A stretch of DNA of 64,000 nt, taken from the human T2T-CHM13v2.0 reference genome, Homo sapiens. Numbering within the stretch: position 1 is the stretch's first letter; every line of letters starts with the position of its first letter. The translations under genes were made by a program, and so were the position numbers. The DNA is taken from assembly GCF_009914755.1 (NCBI RefSeq), contig NC_060927.1; one strand, written 5' to 3'. The notes under the pieces are model-generated. The model was not told where the DNA came from, ran no database searches, and saw only the letters and a list, made by a program, of their open reading frames with translations. Positions 1 to 64,000 of this stretch are shown here, one piece after another.

Positions 1-399
1 GAAAAGCCACTTATTGGGCTAATCAGGTCTCAGAGGATAGACCCGTGTGTACAGTCACTATTCAGGGAAAGAGTTTGAAGGATTAGTGGATACCCAGGCT
101 GATGTTTCTATCATTGGCATAGGCACCGCCTCAGAAGTGTATCAAAGTGCCATGATTTTACATTGTCTAGGATCTGATAATCAAGAAAGTACGGTTCAGC
201 CTATGATCACTTCTATTCCAATCAATTTATGGGGCCGAGACTTGTTACAACAATGGCATGCAGAGATTACTATCCCAGCCTCCCTATACAGCCCCAGGAA
301 TCAAAAAATCATGACTAAAATGGGATAGCTCCCTAAAAAGGGACTAGGAAAGAATGAAGATGGCATTAAAGTCCCAACTGAGGCTGAAAAAAATCAAAA

Positions 400-428
<29 letters not shown>
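1..428 (+). pseudogene. pro: HML-2 protease (pro), defective
   Basis: ORF 47-328 reads GLVDTQADVSII…NLWGRDLLQQW. Catalytic DTG reads DTQ. There is an internal deletion relative to the recalled HML-2 PR, frameshifts and a stop at 326-328. Confidence 0.88.
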
Positions 429-4803
<4,375 letters not shown>

Positions 4804-5685
4804 GAAAAATTCTTCTGCCTTGAGATTCTGTTAATCTATGACCTTACCCCCAACCCCGTGCTCTCTGAAACAGGTGCTGTGTCAAACTCAGGGTTAAATG
4901 GATTAAGGGTTGTGCAAGATGTGCTTTGTTAAACAAATGCTTGAAGGCAGCATGCTCCTTAAGAGTCATCACCACTCCCTAATCTCAAGTACCCAGGGAC
5001 ACAAAAACTGCGGAAGGCCGCAGGGACCTCTGCCTAGGAAAGCCAGGTATTGTCCAAGGTTTCTCCCCATGTGATAGTCTGAAATATGGCCTCATGGGAA
5101 GGGAAAGACCTGACCGTCCCCCAGCCCGACACCCGTAAAGGGTCTGTGCTGAGGAGGATTAGTATAAGAGGAAGGCATTCCTCTTGCAGTTGAGACAAGA
5201 GGAAGGCATCTGTCTCCTGCCCGTCCCTGGGCAATGGAATGTCTCGGTATAAAACCCGATTGTACGTTCCATCTACTGAGATAGGAAGAAAACGCCTTAG
5301 GGCTGGAGGTGGGACATGCAGGCAGCAATACTGCTTTGTAAAGCATTGAGATGTTTATGTGTATGCATATCTAAAAGCACAGCACTTGATTCTTTACCTT
5401 GTCTATGATGCAAAGACCTTTGTTCACCTGTTTGTCTGCTGACCCTCTCCCCACTATTGTCTTGTGACCATGACACATCCCCCTCTCAGAGAAACACCCA
5501 CGAATGATCAATAAATACTAAGGGAACTCAGAGACGGCGCGGATCCTCCATATGCTGAACGCTGGTTCCCTGGGTCCCCTTATTTCTTTCTCTATACTTT
5601 GTCTCTGTGTCTTTTTCTTTTCCAAGTCTCTCATTCCACCTTAAGAGAAACACTCACAGGTGTGGAGGGGCAACCCATCCCTTCA

Positions 5686-5931
5686 GAGGTGGGTGGATCA
5701 CCTGAGGTCAGGAGTTCAAGACAAGCCTAGCCAACATGGTGAAACCCCATCTCTACTAAAAATACAAAATTAGCCAGGTGTGGTGGCAGGTGTCTGTAGT
5801 CCCAGCTACTTGGGAGGCTGACGAGAATCGCTTGAACCTGGGAGGGGGAGGTTTCAGTGAGCCGAGATTGCACCACTGCACTCCAGCCTGGGGGACAGAG
5901 TGAAACTCTGTCTCAAAAAAACAACAAAAAA
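5686..5931 (+). mobile_element. AluS remainder, interrupted by the provirus
   Basis: Starts mid left arm (gaggtgggtggatcacctgaggtcagg) immediately after the LTR CA and ends in an A-rich tail. Confidence 0.88.
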
Positions 5932-5944
5932 CCCCACCTATAGA

Positions 5945-7038
5945 CAGGACTAGCTACATAAATAACTTGCAGGGCTCAGTGTAAAATGAAAGTGTGAGGT
6001 CCCTTTTTCAAAGACGTAGAAGGCCGGGTGCGGTGGCTCATGCCTGTAATCCCAGCACTTTGGGAGGCTGAGGCAGGCAGGTTATGAGGTCAGGAGTTCG
6101 AGACAGCCTGACCAATATGGTGAAACCCCATCTCTACTAAAAATACAAAAATTAGCTGGGTGTGGTAGCGGGCGCCTGTAGTCCCAGCTACTCAGGAGGC
6201 TGAGGCAGAAGAATTACTTGAACCCAGGAGACGGAGGTTGCAGTGAGCTGAGATCGTGCCACTGCACTCTCCAGCCTCCTCGGTGACAGAGCGAGACTCT
6301 GTCTCAAAAAAAAAAAAAAAAACAGAAAAAGGTGCTATTAAAGATACCAAAATATAAGGCACTTTCCTTTATTCTGCAATCTGTCTCTCCACTTTTCATA
6401 GTATTTTTTCATTTGTTATTTAACATCATGTTTTGTCAGGTGAGGACATTTACTCAGCCAGTGCAGCACTCACTGGTATCCAGGGGCCATAGGTGATTTG
6501 ACGCACCCACATGGCCCACCAGCTGTTGAGTTCCACCTCCAGCCAGCCACTGGACCAACATGCAGTGCCCTGGCTGGGGGCAGGAAAGTCTAACAAACCA
6601 TTTCATTCCACTGTCCTCCTGGCCAAACCCACAGAGGACAGGTAAACCCCCTTGTATGTGTTTTGTACTTGGATCTGGGGTGGGCATCAAGTCACTTGCA
6701 GAATGTATGATGGTGCTGCCAGCTTGGGGGAAGGAGGAGGGCAGCAGTAGTATTGGAGGGGAGGGGAAAGATAGGCCATTGTCAGGGAACTGCAGACTCA
6801 GCCCGTGGAGGCAGCTGGGGAAGCAGCAGAAAGCGGTACTGCACGTTAGCTGAGACACCAAGCCCTAGGCACATGCTCTATTATTCTCTTGTACTACTTC
6901 ACTGATAAAACACAAAATTAAAGATAGAATTAGACTTTCAAGACAGCAACAGCAGAAAATTAAACCCCAAGTATGGGACCCTCCTTAGCACAGTGCCGTA
7001 TGCAACTGCACTGGTCACACAACTTGAAGCTGGCTCTG
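5945..7038. mobile_element. MER45-like hAT DNA transposon with a nested Alu
   Basis: Termini caggactagctacata… and …gaagctggctctg resemble MER45 ends. 8-bp TSD cctataga (5937-5944) / cctttaga (7039-7046). Confidence 0.65.
6022..6329 (+). mobile_element. AluS
   Basis: Full dimer ggccgggtgcggtgg… with poly(A). Confidence 0.9.
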
Positions 7039-7058
7039 CCTTTAGATTACAAGAAATT

Positions 7059-7386
<328 letters not shown>

Positions 7387-7572
7387 TTACAATGTATGGA
7401 TTTCATTTAAGCCCTGCTTAAATGGACCTGGGGTAATTAGAGTACTTATTGGATTTTTGTTATTAAGATTTACTGTTAATTTTTTAGGTTTTATGATTGT
7501 ACTGTGGTTATTTTTTAGTTATTTTTTCAAAGTACATACTAAATATATTTACAGATGAAAGAACATGTCTGA

Positions 7573-7913
<341 letters not shown>

Positions 7914-8433
7914 TTAGTGGGTGTGATAATTAATATTAGATATCAAATTGATTGGATTGACAGATGCCTAGATGCTGAATCATTGTTTCTAGGTGTGTCT
8001 GTGAGGGTGTTTCCGGAGGAGATTTACTTGTGAGTCAGTGGACTGAGAGGGAAGGACTCACCCTGAAGGTGGACAGGCACCATGCAATCAGCTGGCCCAA
8101 CTAGGACAAAGCAGGCAGAAGAAGGGGGATACTCAGCTCATACTGCTTTATTTCTCTTGCTCCCTTCTCGAGTGGGATGCCATCTTTCTTCTGCCCTTGC
8201 ACATCATACTCCAGGTTCTTTGGGTTTTGGACTCTGGAACTTGCACCAGCAGCCTCTCGGGGATTCTCAGGCCTTCAGCCACAGGTTGGGGACTACGCTT
8301 TTGTCTTTCCTAGTTCTAAGGCTTTTGGACTGGAATGAAGCCACCAGCTTTTCTGGTTCTCCAGTTTGTGGACACCCTGTTAGTGAGACTTCTTCACCTT
8401 TGTGATTGTGTAAGCCAATTCCGCCTAATAAAA

Positions 8434-8435
8434 TC

Positions 8436-8482
<47 letters not shown>
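8434..8482. repeat. (TCTA)n tetranucleotide microsatellite
   Basis: About 11 consecutive tcta units. Confidence 0.95.
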
Positions 8483-8498
8483 CCTATTGGTTCTGTCC

Positions 8499-9467
8499 TG
8501 AAGGGGTGGGTTGCCCCTCCACACCTGTGGGTGTTTCTCGTTAGGTGGAATGAGAGACTTGGAAAAGAAAAAGACACAGAGACAAAGTATAGAGAAAGAA
8601 ATAAGGGAACCCAGGGAACCAGCGTTCAGCATATGGAGGATCCCGCCAGCTTCTGAGTTCCCTTAGTATTTATTGATCATTCGTGGGTGTTTCTCCGAGA
8701 GGGGGATGTGTCAGGGTCACAAGACAATAGTGGGGAGAGGGTCAGCAGACAAACACGTGAACAAAGGTCTTTGCATCACAGACAAGGTAAAGAATCAAGT
8801 GCTGTGCTTTTTGATACGCATACACATAAACATCTCAATGCTTTACAAAGCAGTATTGCTGCCCGCGTGTCCCACCTCCAGCCCTAAGGCGGTTTTTCCC
8901 TATCTCAGTAGATGGAACGTACAATCGGGTTTTATACCGAGACATTCCATTGCCCAGGGACGGGCAGGAGACAGATGCCTTCCTCTTGTCTCAACTGCAA
9001 GAGGCATGCCTTCCTCTTACACTAATCCTCCTCAGCACAGACCCTTTACGGGTGTCGGGCTGGGGGACGGTCAGGTCTTTCCCTTCCCATGAGGCCATAT
9101 TTCAGACTATCACATGGGGAGAAACCTTGGACAATACCTGGCTTTCCTAGGCAGAGGTCCCTGCGGCCTTCCGCAGTTTTTGTGTCCCTGGGTACTTGAG
9201 ATTAGGGAGTGGTGATGACTCTTAAGGAGCATGCTGCCTTCAAGCATTTGTTTAACAAAGCACATCTTGCACAACCCTTAATCCATTTAACCCTGAGTTT
9301 GACACAGCACCTGTCTCAGAGAGCACGGGGTTGGGGGTAAGGTCATAGATTAACAGAATCTCAAGGCAGAAGAATTTTTCTTAGTACAGAACAAAATGGA
9401 GTCTCCTATGTCTACTTCTTTCTACACAGACACAGTAACAATCTGATCTCTCTTGCTTTTCCCCACA
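8499..9467 (-). mobile_element. HML-2 solo LTR (LTR5 family), 969 bp
   Basis: Reverse complement of a complete LTR. Perfect 6-bp TSD ctgtcc at 8493-8498 and 9468-9473. Confidence 0.96.
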
Positions 9468-9527
9468 CTGTCCCTCTGGAGAACCCTGACTAATACTGTG
9501 TGTAAGTCATTTATGAAAAATGATTCA

Positions 9528-10130
<603 letters not shown>

Positions 10131-10374
10131 AAGATGGTGGCCAGAAGTGGGTAATGGTTGAAGCTGGATATTAGGTACCAGGGTTCATCAAAATAGTCTC
10201 TATATTATTATATACTTTTAAATTACTTTTCCATGATGAAAAGTTTCAAACAATTATTATGTATCTTGGGATTAATTTATGTCCCACAATTCAGTCCTGA
10301 AAAATAAAGTAAGCACCAATTGTATTACTTTGTAATTAAAAAAATACTTTGCGGGAAAAAAATCCCCATACTTT

Positions 10375-11225
<851 letters not shown>

Positions 11226-11234
11226 AACATCGTG

Positions 11235-12060
11235 GGCCCAGTGTGGTGCCTCACACTTCTAATCCCAGCAGTTTGGGAGGCTGAGGTGGGCGGATGGCTT
11301 GAGTCCAGGAGCTGGAGACCAGCCTGAGGAACATGATGAAACCTTATGTCTACAAAAAATACAAAAATTAGCCAGGTGTGGTAGTGTATACCTATAGTCC
11401 CAGCTACTTGGGAGGCTGAGGTGGGAGGATGGCTTGAGCCCAGAGGAGGAGGTTGCAGTGAGCCAAGATTGCAAGATCGTGCCACTGCACTCCAGCCTGG
11501 GTGACAGAGCCAGACCCTGTGTCAAAAAAAAAGCAAACAAACAAACAAAAAAAAACCCCATAATAGACTGATGGATGGATAGAGGGATACAAAAATTAGC
11601 TGAGTGTGGGCCGGGCGCGGTGGCTCATGCCTGTAATCCCAGCACTTTGGGAGGCCGAGGCAGGCGGATCACGAGGTCAGGAGATCGAGACCATCCTGGC
11701 TAACACAGTGACACCCCCATCTCTACTAAAAATATAAAAAATTAGCCAGGCGTGGTGGCGGGTGCCTGTAGTCCCGGCTACTCTGGAGGCTGAGGCAGGA
11801 GAATGGCGTGAACCCGGGAGATGGAGCTTGCGGAGCCGAGATTGCGCCACTGCACTCCAGCCTGGGCAACAGAGCGAGACTCCGTCTCAAAAAAAAAAAA
11901 AAAAAAAAATTAGCTGGGTGTGATGGTGTGCTCCCTGTAGTCCTAGCTACTTAGGAGCCTGATTTGGGAGGATCACTTGAGCCCAGGAGGCAGAAGTTGC
12001 AGTGAGCCTTAATCACGCCACTGCACTCCAGCCTAGGTGATAGAGCCAGACCCTGTCTCC
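11235..12060 (+). mobile_element. Alu cluster; CpG-rich AluY-like copy (11609-11909) nested in an older Alu arm
   Basis: TSD aaaaattagctg(a/g)gtgtg flanks the inner Alu. Confidence 0.85.
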
Positions 12061-12206
12061 CCGATCGCCCCACAAAATAGAATCAAAGTGTAGGTAAATG
12101 AATGTTCATTGCACAATTATTTGAATTTTTATGTACGTTTGAAATTTTTCCTATTATTTAGGGAAAATAAAGGGAGACATCTTCTGGAAGAAATTGGTAT
12201 TACTGA

Positions 12207-12542
<336 letters not shown>

Positions 12543-12681
12543 AAAATATGGTTTAAAAATATGATTTGGTATGGAATGATTGCTTATTTTTTACATACCC
12601 CATTGGTTCTTTCTCCTGTGCCCAAGCTGAAAATCTTCCTTCTCTTCCACTAACTTCTTACTTAGATTTTACTTTCTGAAT

Positions 12682-16720
<4,039 letters not shown>

Positions 16721-16794
16721 GCTAGAGAACATCTATACATAGCAGCCTTTTGAGTAGTTTTGTTCATCTGAGGTCATGAAAAGGAATTAGTATT

Positions 16795-17101
16795 GGCAGG
16801 GTGCGGTGGCTCACGCCTGTAATCCCAGCACTTTGGGAGGCAAAGGCGGGCAGATCACCTGAGGTCAGGAGTTTGAGACCAGCCTGACCAACATGGTGAA
16901 ACCCCGTCTCTACAAAAAATTAGCCGGGTGTGGTGGCGCATGTCTGTAATCCCAGCTACTGGGGAGGCTGAGGCAGGAGAATAGCTTGAACCCAGGAGGT
17001 GGAGGTTGCAGTGAGCCGAGATTGTGCATTGCACTCCAGCCTGAGCAACAGGAGCGAAACTCTGTCTCAAAAAAACAAAAAACAAAAAAACAAAAAAACA
17101 A
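16795..17101 (+). mobile_element. AluS abutting the PDCL3 retrocopy
   Basis: Full Alu with (A6-7C)n tail, preceded by gaaaaggaattagtatt. Confidence 0.9.
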
Positions 17102-18096
<995 letters not shown>

Positions 18097-18310
18097 GAAA
18101 AGGAATTAGTATTTTAAAAGAGATTATTCATATTCCTTCTGTGCTGTAGGTTTTGTATTGTAGTTAAATACAAAACTCAGTGATTTCAAAGTTTTAAAAG
18201 TCCAATTTCTAAAGATAAAAACACATTTGCATTTCTCAGCATACTCAGCATACCAATATACATTACATATTTCTGTGTTTGATATTATCTTCTCTTCACT
18301 GGAAAGGTAA

Positions 18311-18905
<595 letters not shown>

Positions 18906-18926
18906 CCTCCTCATTAAAAAAACAAA

Positions 18927-19930
18927 GGGCTGGGCTAGTGGTGGCTCACACCTGTAATCCCAGTACTTTGGGAGGCCAAGGTGGGTGGATCACCTAAGAT
19001 TGGGAGTTCGAAACCAGCCTGACCAACATGGAGAAACCACATCTCTACTAAAAGTACAAAATTAGCCAGGCGTGGTGGTGCATGCCTGTAATCCCAGCTA
19101 CTCGGGAGGCTGGGGCAGGATAATCGCTTGAACCCAGGAGGCAGAGGTTGCGGTGAGCGAGATCACACCGTTACACTCCAGCCTGGCAACAGGGCAACAA
19201 GAGCAAAACTCCGTCTCAAAAAAAAAAAAAAAGAAAAAGAAAAAAAATCGCCCAAGCGTGATAGCTCACACCTATAATCCCAGCACTTTAGGAAACTGAG
19301 GCAGGAGGATTGCTTGAGGCCAGGAGTTCAAGACCAGCCTGGGCAACATAGTGAGACCCTGTTTCTATAAAAATAATAAAAAATGAAAACAATTTTAATT
19401 AAAAAAAGGAGTCAAGTCAAAGGTGGGAGGAAAGAGCAAAACTACCACTCTTAAAATGTTCCGAAGCTTCTAAGCGCTAGAAATCTTCCAGGTAGAAATT
19501 AAAGTTAGAATTTAAAAAATATATTGTTCTGTAAAAAATAAAGAACTTATTCACTTAATTTTCTTTTTTGGTTTTCTTTTCTGTTTTTTTGAGACGGAGA
19601 TTCGTTCTGTCGCCCAGGCTGGAGTGCAATGGCGAAATCTCGGCTCACTCCCCTCCCACACCCTGTGCCGGGTTCAAGCGATTCTCCTGTCTCAGCCTCC
19701 CAAATAGCTGTGATTTTATTTTATTTTATTGAGGGAGGGTCTTGCTCTGTTGCCCAGGCTGGAGTGCAGTGGCCCGATCTCAGCTCACTGCAGCCTCAAC
19801 TTCTGGGCTCAAGCAATCCTCCCACCTGCCTCATGAGTGGCTGGGGCTACAGGCACACACCACCATGCCCAGCTAGTTTTTGTATTTTTACTACAGATGG
19901 AGTTTTGCCATGTTGCCCGGGCTTGCATTC
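18927..19930. mobile_element. Alu cluster (AluS + 18927-19247; monomer + ~19249-19385; antisense fragments ~19561-19930)
   Basis: Alu consensus motifs. Confidence 0.8.
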
Positions 19931-19939
19931 TTATTTTTA

Positions 19940-20060
19940 AGTAAGTCTTTGAAATCCAGTGTGTATTTTACACTTATAGCACATCTCATTTAGGACTAGC
20001 CACATTTCCAATGCTCAGTAGCCAAAAGTGGATATTAGCTACCATATTAGACAATGCATC
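19940..20060. mobile_element. MER3/Charlie1-like hAT end
   Basis: acttatagcacatctca…actagccacattt…gctaccatattagaca. Confidence 0.55.
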
Positions 20061-20634
20061 TCTAAGGGGTGAGATTATCGAAACTTTCACTTTGTATTTT
20101 ACATATTATTTTGTTTTCCTGAATGTTAAAAAAACCATATATTGCTCATACAGTCAGAAACCATAATAAAATAAAAAGTCAATTGCTCTGAAGTCAGAAA
20201 GAATTATGCTTTTGAGTAGGTGTTATACAATAGTAAAAACCAAACAGTAGAAAAGGTTATATACTGACAGTTTTATGTGTGTTCTCTGTGCACTTGTCTA
20301 GAAGATGGGCCACAATTTTTGTAGATTATGGTCTTTCAGAAGTGGTCAGTAAACCAAAAAGAAATTTAAAACCAAAGTCAAAGAATTTCAACAACAAAAT
20401 TCCACAGAATTTAGACAGAGGGTTAATTACTTTGCCATGTTATAATGAGGTTCTATCCAGGCTTCTTGTCAGGAATTAGTGCTAGACAAATAGGAAGCTC
20501 TTTGAGGGAGAGAAAAACAACACAGGTTGGGGGACCAGTGAATAATTGCTTCCACTACCCCTCTAGAGGTAAACTACCAACCTATCATCCCTGAAACCAA
20601 TGAGATTTCAGGAGGATGGACAACATTTTTTAAA

Positions 20635-22444
<1,810 letters not shown>

Positions 22445-23678
22445 CTATTTGGATTTCTAACATGATTTAATTGATTAGATTATCACAATAGTGATATGGA
22501 TTGGGAATTATTAATATTACCATTTTTCACAGGGCAGACCACAGAGTTTAAATTACAAGTCAAGATAATGCTGCTGGCAAATAACAATAATGGGATTCTT
22601 CCATGGTCTAGCTTTGGAGCCTGGTGCTCCTTCAGTATGCTAAACAGGCTCTGTTGTCTGGGGTCTCCATGGTTCAGACTTTGTTAAATTTTTTCACACT
22701 TTACTGATACATAATTTTTTTAAAAAACTGGAATCATAGTATACTTATGTATTGCAATTTGCTGGAAAATTAAAAAAGACAAAAAACCTTACACCTTGGT
22801 TATCTTCCCATTAACCAGGTGTGCTAGTTGGTACCCAGCAAAACAACATCACCATTCCCATTCTGACTCAAACATAACTGTTCACAAGCATTTCTTATAT
22901 TGTGGTTTCTTTCCATTGTCATGGATTTTGGGCTCTAGTTTCTCTGGGGCCTTTTGTTAGCCATAGACACTGCAGTGATAATTTTTTGTCTGCTGCCATT
23001 ATGAAAAACTGATTTTAAAAAATTATTATTATTGTTAGAGATAAAAATAATAATACCTCTACTTCTAGTACCATCCAGTTTTTCCTAATCATTTGCAGGA
23101 CAAGAATGAAGATGAGATTTAATCTATAATTGGAGAAGCAGAAGTTGTAGCTTCATGATATGTGATTCAGGCCACATAGCCATATTCCTCTCAAGGCTGA
23201 AAATATTTTAAATTTCCAACAGCTTTAAGTTTAAATTATTTAATTTCACACTATGTTGCACAGGTCATAGTGCAAGGGCTATTCACAGGCATCATCATAG
23301 GGCTCTACAGCCTAAAACTCCTGGGCTAAGGTGTTCTTCTTGCTTCAGCCTCCAGAGGAGCTGGGACTATGGTTGCATGCCACTGCACCCGGCTTGCAAA
23401 ACTGATTTTTATTTTATTTTCTTTTAAAATGTAGTATTTTGAGTAGGCAAAACATTCATATGATTTAAAAATATGTAAATATATTCAGTGAAAAATTTCT
23501 CCCCAGCTCTGTTCCTCAGTCCCTCTGTCCTGTTTCCATTTCACCCTTCCCTTAGGCAACTACAGTTAATAGTTTCTTGTGGCTCCTTCCAGAATTCTTT
23601 CTAAACACAAATATGAATATATACATGTCTATGAACATATTCATTAAGGCTGTAATTACGAAAATACAATGTGCATTT

Positions 23679-25340
<1,662 letters not shown>

Positions 25341-26423
25341 GTTTTTTTATTGTTAAAATATTCGCATATTTTCCAAATCTTTACAGTGTCAAAATTCTTT
25401 ACATTAGTAACTTCTTCATTTTAAAACTTGAATGAAAACTTCAAAGTTACATTTACTTCTTTCAAATATGATTTCAATCCTAATTAGAAAACCACCTTCA
25501 TTTTCTCAAGGTAAATTGCACCATCCACAAATGTTCCAGTTTCTTGTCTACCTAGTCTCTTAACTTCGTGTTATCTAAACTTGTTTATAATACTCTCCTG
25601 AAACCGCTGTTGAAGGTTACCAGGCTCTATTACGACAATCTCCTTCCTGCCTTCTTCCTTTCAATTCTATTATTACTTTCAATTCATCCTTGTTATATGA
25701 GTTTAACCTTTCTACAACACAAGTATCATTATATCAATCCCTCACTCAAAAACACCAAATGAAAACGAGTAGGATGAACGGTGGGAGGTAGGGTGAAGCC
25801 ACATTATGGTGGCCCTTGCAAGTTGAACTTAAAGTGAGAAGTTTTTGAGAGGGGAATAACATGCTAAAAGGCATTGTTTTACTTAGATCATGCCAGTAAC
25901 TGTGGGCAGATGAATTAGAGATGGCAAAGATCGGGGTAATCAGCTGTCGTAGGGATTAAGTATACTGTGCTGATAGGAAAGTCTTTCTCATAGGGCCTGG
26001 GCCTGCCAGAGAAACATAACCTTACTGAGAGGTTCATAGTTTTAAGTAGTAGAATCCTAATTTGGTTTGAGCTTATAGAGTTTAACATATATACAAAATG
26101 AGGCAGTTTAAAGTGTAGCAATTTGATTTTAGGCGTAAAAGCTATTATTTGAAGCACAAAAGAATTTCTGTGCAGTAATTTTAAAGCGTTGCTGAGTCAC
26201 TTGGGCATGTGAGACCTTGCCCAGGAACATCTGGCTACTTACTTTAAAAGCCGTGACTATACTTAGCTGCATAAAAAAAGTCCTTTGGTCCTTTCCTCTG
26301 GATTCCAGGGCAGATGAACCAGGCAAACAATGTTTCAGCTATTGCTGTAAACTTGCAGGAACCTCTGCTTCTTAAGTACCTTTTAAGCTTCCAGGACTCC
26401 CTATCAAGTAATTACCATGCTAA

Positions 26424-26896
<473 letters not shown>

Positions 26897-27648
26897 CTAG
26901 GTAAGGAGTTTCTTGGTTAAAAGGAAAAAAATCCTAGTCTTAATTGCCCCTTCAGAACTAGGAAATTTGTCTTTAGACCAAAGCAGCAGGAAACAAGAAT
27001 CGAAAGGAGTTAAAACAAGTGTAGAGAGATAGGAGAACCCAGGAAAGGGGGAATGCTCAGAGAATCCAGTGCCTGGAAATCTAGAAGCATGAATTACTAG
27101 ATTTTCCCAAGCAAAAATGATCAGACTTTGCAGATTGCTGTTTCAGAAAGAGGGGAGTTCAGAATAAAGGTTGCAAGAGGAAGTGGGAGAGCTGGTAGTA
27201 GAAAGCAGAAGTTTTTTGTATACTCTGTTTAGTTTCTCACTTCCTGTGAGCACAACTTCGTTACCACCTGCAGCCTGTGCTGTCTTTTCACCTTTTACTT
27301 TAGAACTAACTGTTCAGTCTACCCATCAAAAGATGGGTACATTTACTTCCTCCATCAAGTCTTCACTGAAGATTTCAGATTCTATTTCTTTCTCAATTCC
27401 CTGAAATATTAGTGAGCTCAGTCACAATCACACCGTTTAGCATATAATAGTTGCATCAAAAGAAGGCTCGGCGCCGTTGCTCACGCTTGTAATCCCAGCA
27501 CTTTGCCGGGCTGAGGCAGAAGGATCACTTGAGCTCAGGAGTTCAAGGCCAGCCTGGGCAAAAAAAAATTGTCTCTAAAAAAAAAAAAAGAAAAAAGTGT
27601 GAGCCTGCTTTCTTCCAACTAGGCAATGTATTTCTTGAATTTGGAGAC

Positions 27649-28854
<1,206 letters not shown>

Positions 28855-29460
28855 TGAATACTCCCTGGAAAAGTTCTTGGTTCATACTTATACCCGTAAG
28901 TCAAAAGATTTGTCAAATATTCAAGAACAATCAAACAATCACTTAAAAATACTGTATAAAAGTTTCTATTTCGGCATACTTTACTTTTACTTAACTAAAA
29001 TTTCAAATAAAATGTATCCACTTTTATGATCTCAACAAGATCGGTCATTCCTATAGCGGAGTTGAAAACTTTCAACTTATTCACAATATCAAAAGAATGG
29101 AGCAGCCCCCACAGAGACTTCCAGCAATGAGTTGTAAAATGCAGTCTGCATTAAGTAGCTTCCTTACAATCATCCCGATGGTAAAAGTGTCAAATTTCGC
29201 AAACGCCTGGACAAGGAAGTGAAATGATCATCTAATAACGCAGTTGACTCATCTGTCAAATAAGCGAGTGGGCCAGGGTCCCTGAGCTCACTACCCTCAG
29301 ATTCTAACTCCAGCTTCACATCATTAGGCGTAAGCAGCCAATTGGGCCGTCTGGGAGCCGTGCATCCTGGGAGTTATAGTTTCCGGCTCCCTCCTTCAGA
29401 CTACAAGCTCCACAGAGCCGCGGGAGGACGGTTGCCTGGTATTATTAGCAAGCAGCAAAT

Positions 29461-63263
<33,803 letters not shown>

Positions 63264-63901
63264 TAGTTGATTCAGAACACTGTGCTTCTGTGATTATAAC
63301 ACTTTTCACACAATGTAGCCACTGTTGCTTTGGTTGTCTCCTACAGTGTACCGAAAGCATCTGGAGAGCAGACACTATCTGCTCTATCTCCTCATCTCCA
63401 TCCCCAGCAAAGCACTTGATACATAGATGCAGTGTAGTAATAAATGTTCAATGAACGTGAGCTTTATAGGGATCTATAATTCTAAACATAGAAAGGTACA
63501 GAAAACATTGAAAAACCAAGTATAAAAATGAGAAGATGATGAAGTCTACATGGAATTCAGTACATGACATAAGAAATAAAGAAAATAGCAGGGATTCAGA
63601 AGGGGCTAAAATTCTATATGACTACAATAGGAATTATTCCTTAATCCCATGGCTCGTATGTTTTACTGACTGCTAGCCCAGGAAAGTTAGGATTTCATTA
63701 ATATTGCAACTAGTAATATTTACTGGTATTATCAGGTAGAAGAGAAAGAGGCAGCAAAGGATACTGAGAAGGGACAGCCAGAGTGGTAGGAAAACTAGGA
63801 GAGTTCCACCTTCAACAGGAGCAAGTGTTTCAGGAGAGATGAGAGGTGCCACAGAGAGGACACAGGCATTAAACTTGGCAGTTGGAGGCTATTGGTGACT
63901 G

Positions 63902-64000
63902 TGTTGGTGATTCTCCAGACTATCCTCAGGTTGGATGATTTGCTAAAAGGACTCACAGAACTTGGGAAAATACTATTCTGTTCGTCATTATGGTTCATTA
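63902..64000. mobile_element. Possible MER21-like LTR, cut by the window edge
   Basis: tgttgg…cctcaggttggatgatttgctaaaaggactcacagaact resembles a recalled LTR terminus. Confidence 0.4.

Larger units (their letters stand above)
7922..9497 (+). mobile_element. MLT2-like (ERVL) solo LTR, split by the LTR5 insertion
   Basis: Begins tgtgataattaatattag…ttgattggattga. The terminal ttctgtcc|ctctggagaaccctgactaatac is rejoined once the LTR5 is removed. Confidence 0.75.

Noticed and set aside
6454-6861. Overlapping 135-aa and 97-aa ORFs
   Set aside because: They lie inside the MER45-like element and show no transposase or other motif.

Overview
Primate (human-like) genomic DNA, consistent from memory with the ERVK-5/HERV-K(II)-PDCL3P4-CEP97 region at 3q12.3. 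Contents: (1) the 3' 5.7 kb of a type-1 HERV-K(HML-2) provirus with dead pro/RT, a 783-codon RNase H-integrase-env fusion ORF, a broken env, an intact spliced np9 ORF and a 3' LTR inserted in an Alu; (2) an inverted solo LTR5 2.8 kb downstream, nested in an MLT2 LTR; (3) Alu-dense intergenic DNA with MER45- and Cheshire-like hAT fossils, a MER39-like LTR and a PDCL3 processed pseudogene; (4) the CpG-island promoter and coding exons 1-9 of CEP97 (+ strand; the gene continues past the window), whose ~22.8-kb intron 6 holds three L1s. I found no new gene system. The best leads are structural. The two inverted HML-2 LTRs are nearly identical over their outer ~570 nt and ~5% divergent over the inner ~400 nt (a gene-conversion-like pattern). 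An Alu and the PDCL3 retrocopy share one 17-bp TSD. An antisense L1 lacking its RT segment sits in a 'gene-breaking' position. A ~0.9-kb AT-rich array grew from an Alu tail next to the CEP97 promoter. Family and subfamily names and comparisons with consensus sequences are from memory, mismatch counts are by eye, and repeat boundaries are approximate.
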